DNA of 64,000 bases from a virus (Duplodnaviria; Caudoviricetes): the IMG/VR virus record IMGVR_UViG_3300028886_000036, positions 192,001 through 256,000 of that record; one strand, given 5' to 3'. This document shows, piece by piece, positions 56,196 through 64,000 of the stretch. The position numbers and the translations under genes are program-made. Each line of letters opens with the position of its first letter. Position 1 is the first letter of the stretch. The notes under the pieces were generated by a model, which was not told where the DNA came from, did not search any database, and saw only the letters and a program-made list of their open reading frames with translations.

Positions 56196-56696
56196 TTGAA
56201 ATATAGATTAGTTCCTTTATTAGAAAACAGTGCTTTCAGCAATGTAGATTGGATTAAGAGGGCATTTAGAAAAGTTAAAAGATTTTATAAAGAAGAGTTA
56301 GACACTAATTTAGACTATATGAAGTTAAAGTTTACAACTAAATGTTACAATGAAGATGGCACTATTAAGACTGATGCTGATACTAATGTACCAAAGAAAG
56401 GTGCTGGAGATTGGACTGAAAAACATATAATCTATATTAGACCTAATCAAGTTACTTTAGAAACTCAGCATATGGATGAGTTTAATAAAGAAAGATTTGT
56501 AGCACAAGTTATTGCACATGAATTAGCACATGAATGTTTGCATAACAAGTTATTTACTTTAAGAGAAAAAGGTATACCTATGGCTAGAACTAGATATGTT
56601 AACACATTCAAGAAAGGTTCTGATGAATACAAAGAAGAATTATATGCTGATTCAGTAGGCAACTATGTTGCACAAAAGCTTTATAGTGAAGAATAA
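56196..56696 (+). CDS. HExxH zincin-like protein
   Basis: IAHELAH...EE.YAD; GAGGTG RBS before TTG at 56196. Confidence 0.7.
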   Translation: MKYRLVPLLENSAFSNVDWIKRAFRKVKRFYKEELDTNLDYMKLKFTTKCYNEDGTIKTDADTNVPKKGAGDWTEKHIIYIRPNQVTLETQHMDEFNKERFVAQVIAHELAHECLHNKLFTLREKGIPMARTRYVNTFKKGSDEYKEELYADSVGNYVAQKLYSEE

Positions 56697-56784
56697 TTTT
56701 GAACAAATTAGAGAGTACTATGGATTAACTCAAAATCCATAACTAGGCTCTCTAATTTTTTTATATACAGCATCAGACCATTGT

Positions 56785-57060
56785 GTCAATAACCTTATAC
56801 ATTATTGTATGAAGCCATGCTTCTTATTGACTACCCTAAGTCTGGTTTTACCAGGAAACTACGTTATTGAAGAAAAGATAGGCACCTGCGAACGTTTGTC
56901 CTAATTTACAGCTCTGCGGCTAATGATTAAACGGTTCTGAAAGGTAGGGACAGTGTTATTAGCATATAAAACCTTCAAATAACATTGGGTAAGGGCACCT
57001 AACTCTACTTTTGTAGAGAGTCACTTCTTTTGTTAGTGACTAAATTTTATGTAGTAAGGA
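56785..57060 (+). ncRNA. omegaRNA (HEARO-type) scaffold of IscB
   Basis: GTCAATAA...TTATTGAC first stem, CTACGTTA, GGCACC, GCTCTGCGG, AACATTG landmarks directly upstream of iscB. Confidence 0.85.
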
Positions 57061-57069
57061 GGTAACCTT

Positions 57070-58332
57070 ATGGTTTATGTATTAAGCAAAACAGGGCAAC
57101 CACTTATGCCAACTAGTAACCACAGAAAAGTAAGGTTACTTCTTGAGTCTGGTAAGGCAAAGGTTGTCCGTAGAACGCCATTTACAATTCAATTACAATA
57201 TACTTCCCACACCTATAAACAGAATGTTAGTTTAGGTGTAGATACTGGAAGTAAAGTAATTGGATTATCTGCAACTACTAATAAGCAAGAGCTGTTTGCA
57301 GAAGAAGTAACTATTAGAAACGATATAGTTAAATTATTGTCTGTTAGGAGTCAGCATAGACATGGTAGAAGAAGTAGAACAACTAGATATAGGAAACGAA
57401 GAACGCTTAATAGAAGTAATTCCAAGCAAAAAGGATGGCTTTCTCCAGCCATTAAAGCTAAAATATTTTATCATATTAAAGTTATAGATAGAGTGCATCA
57501 AATACTTCCTATTAATAATATTATAATTGAAACTTCTGCATTTGATATGCAAAAAATAGTGAATCCAGATATAATTGGTGACGAATATACAAAAGGCCCT
57601 CAATTGGGTTTTTTAAATGTAAGAGAATATGTGTTATCTAGGGATAACCATGAATGCCAAATTTGCCATGGAAAAAGTAAAGATCCGGTGTTAAATGTGC
57701 ATCATATTGAATCTAGGAGAGTTGGTGGTAATTCTCCTACTAACTTAATTACTTTATGTAAAACTTGCCATCATAAGTTACATTCTGGAGAGATAACTAC
57801 AAATTTTAAAAGAAAAAGACCATTAAGAGATGCAGCATTTATGTCAATATTAAAATCTAGATTATATAATCTTCTTAAAAACAAATATAAAAATGTTAAA
57901 GAAACTTTTGGATATATAACAAAAGCAGTACGTATAAGTAATAATTTGCCAAAAGATCATTGCGTTGATGCTAGATGTATATCAAATAATCCTTTAGCAA
58001 AAGAATCTAATGTATTATATATAGCTATTGTAATAAGAAGACATAATCGAAGAATACATCAAGATGCTATAAGAAAGGGTGGTACAAGAAAGATTAGACA
58101 ACTTCCTAAATATGTTTTAGGATATAGAATGTTTGATAAAGTAAGATGTGATAAAGGTGAAGGTTGTATATTTGCAAGAAGATCTTCCGGATATTTTGAT
58201 ATAAGACATTTAAATAACGAAAGAATGTATGCTGGTGGATCATATAAAAAAATTAAGCTAATAGAAAGAAGTAATACTCTTCCTATAGAAGGAATTAAAC
58301 GGAATATTGATAGGGGTGATGATGATGCCTAA
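57070..58332 (+). CDS. iscB: IscB RNA-guided endonuclease (IS200/IS605 family)
   Basis: PLMP, RuvC-I GVDTG, Arg-rich bridge helix, RuvC-II IIETS.FD, HNH (CQIC...HH...NL.TLC..CH), RuvC-III H..DA. Confidence 0.93.
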   Translation: MVYVLSKTGQPLMPTSNHRKVRLLLESGKAKVVRRTPFTIQLQYTSHTYKQNVSLGVDTGSKVIGLSATTNKQELFAEEVTIRNDIVKLLSVRSQHRHGRRSRTTRYRKRRTLNRSNSKQKGWLSPAIKAKIFYHIKVIDRVHQILPINNIIIETSAFDMQKIVNPDIIGDEYTKGPQLGFLNVREYVLSRDNHECQICHGKSKDPVLNVHHIESRRVGGNSPTNLITLCKTCHHKLHSGEITTNFKRKRPLRDAAFMSILKSRLYNLLKNKYKNVKETFGYITKAVRISNNLPKDHCVDARCISNNPLAKESNVLYIAIVIRRHNRRIHQDAIRKGGTRKIRQLPKYVLGYRMFDKVRCDKGEGCIFARRSSGYFDIRHLNNERMYAGGSYKKIKLIERSNTLPIEGIKRNIDRGDDDA

Positions 58333-59518
58333 TCATCAAGTAATTATTAGACGAAGAGACTATATTGAGGAATATAAGAAGTTAGTATACGAACAGTATG
58401 CTAAAGAACATATAGTAATAGAGTGTACATATTATCATTTAGATAAAGATGAATCAGTTTATGATCAGAACTATATGAGTACTTATAGAAGTGATGGTAA
58501 ACTTACTGGATTAAAATATAGTAAGATACATCATTTAGCAGTATTATTTGGTCAGAATGCTACACCACATCCATTAAATAGTTCAGAGCAAGGTCTTAAC
58601 TTTATGGATCAAAGAACTAGTATAGTTATAGATACAGTTTGTGGTTTAAATCCGCATCCTGGTGATAGAGTTATTTTTAAAATCTCTAATGACTATAGTA
58701 CTTGGGTAGTATCTAATGTGAGTAAATCTGGTACATTTGATACTACTTATAATCAATGTGAATTAAAGCAAGAGATGTTCAATTATAACTTTGAAAAAGA
58801 AAATGTTTTAGATCAAGAGTATATGTATGATGAGTTTACAAAAAGAATATATAGTTTATCTAATGCTAATAACTATGAAAGAAATATAGTTAGGCTTAAT
58901 GAAGTAATAGACTTCTTAAATAATGATGACAATTATCACGATAATATTGGTTATCACTTTATTGGTAATGTAGCATTTCCTCAATTAGAAACTATAGTTG
59001 CTACTCATGATAAGATATCGCCTCCATTAAAGATACTCTTAAATGAAGGTTTTGATGTAGAGATACCTACTAATAGTATCTTTACATTATGGACTATGAT
59101 AAGTAATTTTGATACTAAAGCAGATTTATTAGATAAAGCATATACCACTGCTAAAGATAATGTTCTTAACCCTAAAGTAAACTTATGGTCTGGATATAAT
59201 GAAGCTTTAATTGGAAAAGCAGGTGCTCCAGTATCTACTTACTTTTATGGTAAAGATAAAGATGATTTTAATGCTGCCACAGAATACTTACAGAAATGTG
59301 CTAAAGGAAATAAGTATTATAAGACATTTATAAAAAAGCATCCTGATAGCGCAATATGCAAGTTAGCAGATGAAATAGCTCAATTTAACTTTACAGATAA
59401 TACTATGGTATATCCTGAACATATGATTAGTACTAACTTATTTGAAGCTATGGTAGAGTATTGCCAAATCAATAAAGAATTGTTAGATATAGAGAATAGT
59501 AAGGTGGTGTTAGAGTAA
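58322..59518 (+). CDS. putative virion structural protein
   Basis: in an operon with baseplate-like genes; no catalytic motifs. Confidence 0.5.
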   Translation: MMPNHQVIIRRRDYIEEYKKLVYEQYAKEHIVIECTYYHLDKDESVYDQNYMSTYRSDGKLTGLKYSKIHHLAVLFGQNATPHPLNSSEQGLNFMDQRTSIVIDTVCGLNPHPGDRVIFKISNDYSTWVVSNVSKSGTFDTTYNQCELKQEMFNYNFEKENVLDQEYMYDEFTKRIYSLSNANNYERNIVRLNEVIDFLNNDDNYHDNIGYHFIGNVAFPQLETIVATHDKISPPLKILLNEGFDVEIPTNSIFTLWTMISNFDTKADLLDKAYTTAKDNVLNPKVNLWSGYNEALIGKAGAPVSTYFYGKDKDDFNAATEYLQKCAKGNKYYKTFIKKHPDSAICKLADEIAQFNFTDNTMVYPEHMISTNLFEAMVEYCQINKELLDIENSKVVLE

Positions 59519-60267
59519 TGGATATACCTGAAAATATATGTAGTCAGACTATACATCAAGTAGAAAAACAATTCTTATCTAGAAGAGTTCCAATTAAGTT
59601 ATTTAAACAGCTTATAACAGCATCTAAGGATCTAGATTTTACTAAGCTTAATGATCCAGTAATTAAGTCAAGATATATGGAATCTAGAAATAAGATTGAA
59701 CCTTATTTTAGAAGAGTAATCCAGCAAGATGTTTATTCTAATTCAGAAGATAATAGATATGAAGAGTTTATAAACTTATTAATAACATTGTTCTCTATAT
59801 TTGATGCAATCATAACTGGTAGATTGTATATTACAGATATTGCTCAGCAAGAAACCACAATAATAAATGACTTCTTAGATTCATATGGGTTTATGATACA
59901 TAGAATATTTGAGAATCAGGTTAAAGTAGATTTAGCCCAACATATCTATAGAAACATTAGATTAAAAGGAACTACTACTTTGCTTACTATTTTATTATCT
60001 AATATTGGGTTTAATGCATATCAAATAGATGAATATGAACTGAATTGTTTAGATGGTAAGTTTGTTTTAGTACCTCACACTACTTATAAGAGTCATGGAG
60101 CTAGCGGGCAAGAGTTAGAAAATAGTTATGCCTATGTAGAAGAATTAGATGATATACTGTGGACTGTTAGTGATGATGAATTAAGAACAATATTTAATCA
60201 ATCGTTATCTATGTTACTTAAGGTTGATGAAAACCCTGAAGAAGAGGATCAAGAAGAAGAGCCTTAA
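59518..60267 (+). CDS. putative baseplate wedge protein, N-terminal part
   Basis: L.SYGF...Y.NIRLKGT pattern of wedge-type proteins. Confidence 0.45.
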   Translation: MDIPENICSQTIHQVEKQFLSRRVPIKLFKQLITASKDLDFTKLNDPVIKSRYMESRNKIEPYFRRVIQQDVYSNSEDNRYEEFINLLITLFSIFDAIITGRLYITDIAQQETTIINDFLDSYGFMIHRIFENQVKVDLAQHIYRNIRLKGTTTLLTILLSNIGFNAYQIDEYELNCLDGKFVLVPHTTYKSHGASGQELENSYAYVEELDDILWTVSDDELRTIFNQSLSMLLKVDENPEEEDQEEEP

Positions 60268-60291
60268 TAAAAACAAAAGTAAAAGGGCCTT

Positions 60292-60450
60292 TTAGGCCCC
60301 GCACATTCCTGCGATGGTGCATCCAATTTCGACTGCGGTGAAGATTCCATCCGCGAGGTTGCGGAGGCCTTCGTTTTCAATCATCGGCAGAGTGTGGTTT
60401 TTGATGTGCGTGGTGATAGCTCCCGCAACGGTTGCGAAGCTGATTTTCAT
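60292..60450 (-). CDS. small hypothetical protein (52 aa), GC-rich inverted cassette
   Basis: AAAGGAG RBS before MKISF; class-I motif at 60533. Confidence 0.6.
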   Translation of the reverse strand: MKISFATVAGAITTHIKNHTLPMIENEGLRNLADGIFTAVEIGCTIAGMCGA

Positions 60451-60573
60451 ATCAGTCTCCTTTCTCCCAGATTTCAGGGCTCTGGGATCTAACCCGGCGC
60501 AGTGTCTTAATCCTTTCGCTGCTCCAACGCCAGTATATATATACAACTTAAAATAAGAGGGAGGTGAATCTAT

Positions 60574-62604
60574 CTGTTTAATTCACTACCTGTACAAACA
60601 TCTTACTTTACTATTAGTTCGTTAGTAGATCAAGATGTTATGAATAAGATAGCCATTGCTATGGATATCTTAAGACAATACAATGAAAATTTAGAAAACT
60701 CTGGTAAAGAAACCAAGATTTATGCTATAGATGGATATGGAGAAAGAGTTAGTTTTAAGGCATTAGTTTTTGGTTATTACTATGTGTTTAGTAGTATTTA
60801 TGGAAGTGTAGATAGCTTTTATGGATATCCTAAAGATATGTACTGGAACCTATTATGGGGCGATGGTATCATTGGGTGGAACAGACCAGTTACTAACCCA
60901 ACAATAGATATTCCAAAGGCTTTAACTATTTATACTCAATTAAATGCTTCGGCATCTTCTTATAAAGATAAATTTAGTAGAAAAACTGCTTTTAAGAAAT
61001 TATTTTATAGAGATTATACTTATAGGCATAATGTTTTTATTGATGAATCAATACAATTAGATGATGCTGGATATATAAAAAATATCTCTGATGCCTTAAA
61101 AACCCTAGATCCTGATTTTTATGAGTTTATAACAAATAAACTGAAAGAGCTATGGGATTTAGCTGCTAATGAAGCTAAGAATGTTTCAGTACCAACCAAG
61201 TTAAGATTCTTATTTGATAATAGACCTGTAGCTAAAATGTATGATGCATTACCTGAAGATGAATCATATAAAGATGGCTTATTAAATATGAACAGCTCTG
61301 TTATACAAGCTAATCAGTTCTATTTAACTTTCTTAACTTCTTTTGAACAGATTGTTTATCAGTATACAAAGCAAACCTTTCCTATAAAACTTTTAGGTAC
61401 TTTAGCTAATCTGTATTCGTCATATGTTAAATTAATTACTAACTATGTTAAACCATATCATGCTAGACTTATAGATAAAGCTCCTATAATGAGGTTTGGT
61501 GGTGGTTTAGAAGAAAGTGTAGCGGTTGGAGATATACTTAGATTGGATCCAACAGTTCAAATCTATAGCGATGTGGTTAGATGGAGATTTGATAATCCTT
61601 ATGACTATAGACCTGATGAATATGATAAGCTTGATAAAATTTGGGATGAGTTTTGGGTAGGTGGAAAACCAACCGATTCTGAAGATGATGAACCTTGGGA
61701 CGGAATTCATTATTATGAAGATACTGAAGAATCTGGTATAATTCAAAGAATAGAAGATAAAGAAAACTACTATCATAGAATTGATGACGAGTTATTATAT
61801 ACTGATAACAAATTACGTCAGAATGACATTTATGAAGATATAACTATTACTTCTGATAAAACTATCAGAAGCTCTAAACCAAATTTAGATAATATTCCAT
61901 TTAGTTTGTATCCATCTTCTTTATACGAAAAGTATAGTCATAAATGGGTTCCTAAAGATCCATTAGATCCTGAAAACTATAAAGTATATGAAGATTTAAT
62001 TAGATTTGGAACTAGTAAAGAGCAGTACGCTCTTATGATATCGAATGGTATGATAAAAGAGGGAGATTTTCCGTTAAGATATGCATTAGCAGAAACCCAT
62101 CCTAGTATTGAAGATATGATAGAATATGATTGGATAAACCAGTATGTTGAAAACATTTCTGATAGAGATCTTTGTATTATTACTGATTCATATACCGATA
62201 AGGATATTTATAGAGTAACGGATATTAACTTTAAGCATAAAGATTACGATATTGATATTACTGGTAGTAAGATAGGTATCTTTACTAATGATATGAATCA
62301 TATGTGGGTCTATACTAAAGAAACTGATAAAACATTCAAATGGAACTTAATAGAACTTCCTGTTATATCGGATATATTTAACAGAATAGAGCCTCCTAAT
62401 GTTTTGCATAGAAAGATAACATTTACAAATGGACATGAGATAGACGTGTCTCCATTTAGAAATTTAAGTGATAATAGTACTTTCTTAACTAATTTAGAAA
62501 TGCCAAAGAAGAACTTTAACTTTATAAAGTTTTTCTTATTTATCCCTGCTCATACAAAAGCTATTCTTCCAGAAATAGAGTATACTAGCAGGAAGAAAAT
62601 TTGA
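60574..62604 (+). CDS. putative baseplate wedge protein, C-terminal part (possible CTG start)
   Basis: NYVKPYHARL motif; GGAGGTG RBS 7 nt before an in-frame CTG at 60574 (first ATG at 60640). Confidence 0.45.
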   Translation: MFNSLPVQTSYFTISSLVDQDVMNKIAIAMDILRQYNENLENSGKETKIYAIDGYGERVSFKALVFGYYYVFSSIYGSVDSFYGYPKDMYWNLLWGDGIIGWNRPVTNPTIDIPKALTIYTQLNASASSYKDKFSRKTAFKKLFYRDYTYRHNVFIDESIQLDDAGYIKNISDALKTLDPDFYEFITNKLKELWDLAANEAKNVSVPTKLRFLFDNRPVAKMYDALPEDESYKDGLLNMNSSVIQANQFYLTFLTSFEQIVYQYTKQTFPIKLLGTLANLYSSYVKLITNYVKPYHARLIDKAPIMRFGGGLEESVAVGDILRLDPTVQIYSDVVRWRFDNPYDYRPDEYDKLDKIWDEFWVGGKPTDSEDDEPWDGIHYYEDTEESGIIQRIEDKENYYHRIDDELLYTDNKLRQNDIYEDITITSDKTIRSSKPNLDNIPFSLYPSSLYEKYSHKWVPKDPLDPENYKVYEDLIRFGTSKEQYALMISNGMIKEGDFPLRYALAETHPSIEDMIEYDWINQYVENISDRDLCIITDSYTDKDIYRVTDINFKHKDYDIDITGSKIGIFTNDMNHMWVYTKETDKTFKWNLIELPVISDIFNRIEPPNVLHRKITFTNGHEIDVSPFRNLSDNSTFLTNLEMPKKNFNFIKFFLFIPAHTKAILPEIEYTSRKKI

Positions 62605-62615
62605 TATAAAGAAAG

Positions 62616-63173
62616 GTGAGAATAGATTTGTTTAGTGATAAAATAAACTTAAAAGGTCATATCAGAATAACTGATTTTGATACTAAAAAAATTATAGTAG
62701 ATACAGATAATCATATTGTTATTTCTGGAAGAAGATGGCTGATGCAAAGAATGTTTAATATGCCAATTACACAGGATAGTAATGCTCATACTTGGTTACC
62801 TGGCTGGTTTGGTATTGGTTCAGGTGGGGCTTCAGTGGATGCCCCATTTATCCCAATCTGGCCTACCGATGATGATACCAGCTTATTCTACCCAGAAGAG
62901 TTTTCACAGGAAGGTGCTCAGTATAGTTCTACAAATCATCTTTATAAGATGGTAGATTCAATTAGCTTTCCTAATGATCTTACAGCTAAACTCACTATGA
63001 CTTTAGATTATCAAGATATGGTTGATAAATACATCAATGAAGCTGGAATGTTTGTTGGAGAAGTATTAGAGTATACTAACGAAAATTTCTTAATGTTTTC
63101 ACATGTTACATTCCCAACCTTTCCTAAAAGTATATACCAGAAGTTAACCTTAGAATGGTTCTTCATGTTTTAA
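62616..63173 (+). CDS. putative baseplate/tail structural protein
   Basis: LKGH.RI...N.IV..GR..L, INEAG.F, MFS.VTFP...K motifs. Confidence 0.6.
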   Translation: MRIDLFSDKINLKGHIRITDFDTKKIIVDTDNHIVISGRRWLMQRMFNMPITQDSNAHTWLPGWFGIGSGGASVDAPFIPIWPTDDDTSLFYPEEFSQEGAQYSSTNHLYKMVDSISFPNDLTAKLTMTLDYQDMVDKYINEAGMFVGEVLEYTNENFLMFSHVTFPTFPKSIYQKLTLEWFFMF

Positions 63174-63188
63174 AAGAGGTGAATATAT

Positions 63189-64000
63189 ATGGCAGTTATT
63201 ACAACTGATTTTGGTTCTATACAGACTAGAAATATCGATCCGCATTCACCAGTAACTTCAGAAAACCATAATAAGTTACTTAAAACTTTTGGTACTAGTA
63301 AGATGTATGTGGATGGATTTGATACAACTTTTTATGTAGAAGGTAATCAAATTCTTGTCGATATTGAAAAAGGCACAGCATTTGTTCAATACATGGTTAT
63401 TGAAACCACATCTGCTGCGACATTAGAAGTTAGTGAACTACCAACCAATTCAAAAGAACTTTACATTGTTTTAGAGTATACCTATAGAGCAATTAAACCA
63501 GTTCCTATAGCATATCTTAAAGTAATCAGAGCTGAAAATTGGAATCCCACTAATCAATTAAGGCTGTATAGTCTTTATACTAATGAGTGGACTTCTCTTA
63601 CTACAGGTAGATTAAGAGATTGGTTAAGTGATCCAGCCTATTTTACAGATTGGAGAACCAAACAAGAAAATACTCCAGTTTGGGCTAATAAGACATATTT
63701 GAGAATTGACGGAGATAATATAGCTGATGGATTAAAAATTAACCCTCCTGCAAAGGGATGGGATAATGCAGATGGAAATCTTGTTGTTAATAAAGATTAT
63801 GTTGATAACCAAATTGCAAATCATAATGATCAACATAGAGATTTCTTTGTAAAGAAATACATTGTTGATCCGTCAGATCCTAAATATAACAGAATTGAAG
63901 ATTATTTGGATGTGTATATGCCTAATCCATATCTTAATTTATCTGATTCTAATGATGAAGAAGGAAGAGGTTTAAAAGTTACTGCTTCGGCTGGTACAGT
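63189..64000 (+). CDS. putative tail/baseplate protein (3' end runs off window)
   Basis: GAGGTG RBS, MAVITTDFGS...; NKDYVD fibre-like motif near the end. Confidence 0.55.
   Translation, partial: MAVITTDFGSIQTRNIDPHSPVTSENHNKLLKTFGTSKMYVDGFDTTFYVEGNQILVDIEKGTAFVQYMVIETTSAATLEVSELPTNSKELYIVLEYTYRAIKPVPIAYLKVIRAENWNPTNQLRLYSLYTNEWTSLTTGRLRDWLSDPAYFTDWRTKQENTPVWANKTYLRIDGDNIADGLKINPPAKGWDNADGNLVVNKDYVDNQIANHNDQHRDFFVKKYIVDPSDPKYNRIEDYLDVYMPNPYLNLSDSNDEEGRGLKVTASAGT

Noticed and set aside
1-64000. CRISPR array or alternative genetic code
   Set aside because: No regularly spaced repeat-spacer array was seen. Long conserved genes are intact under the standard code, and TAA, TAG and TGA all end genes.

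Overview
A 64 kb segment of a large, AT-rich tailed-phage (jumbo-phage-like) genome read with the standard genetic code; the host is probably a Firmicute. Core genes diverge from a non-coding region at about 12.2-12.8 kb that looks like a bacterial oriC (DnaA boxes plus DnaA-trio-like repeats). The left arm (minus strand) encodes a resolvase, neck protein, 5'-3' exonuclease, sliding clamp, primase and clamp loader. The right arm (plus strand) encodes 8 tRNAs, several structured ncRNA candidates, ATP-dependent ligase, an SF2 helicase, ThyX, SSB, a replicative helicase, an IscB/omegaRNA element and baseplate-like genes. Main observations: (1) The family B DNA polymerase is split at its YGD|TDS catalytic motif into two genes 4.4 kb apart, joined by a naturally split intein. 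(2) About 19 inverted mini transcription units are scattered through the right arm. Each starts at the motif TT(G/A)TA(T/A)(A/G)TATAT(T/A)A, and most have a structured 5' leader and their own terminator. Their cargo includes small orphan proteins, a duplicated covarying leader RNA, a stand-alone ~230-nt ncRNA and a tRNA mimic with no normal anticodon loop. (3) Two large ornate ncRNA candidates and a second tRNA-like RNA lie in the tRNA region. All calls come from reading motifs by eye; no database searches or folding programs were run.
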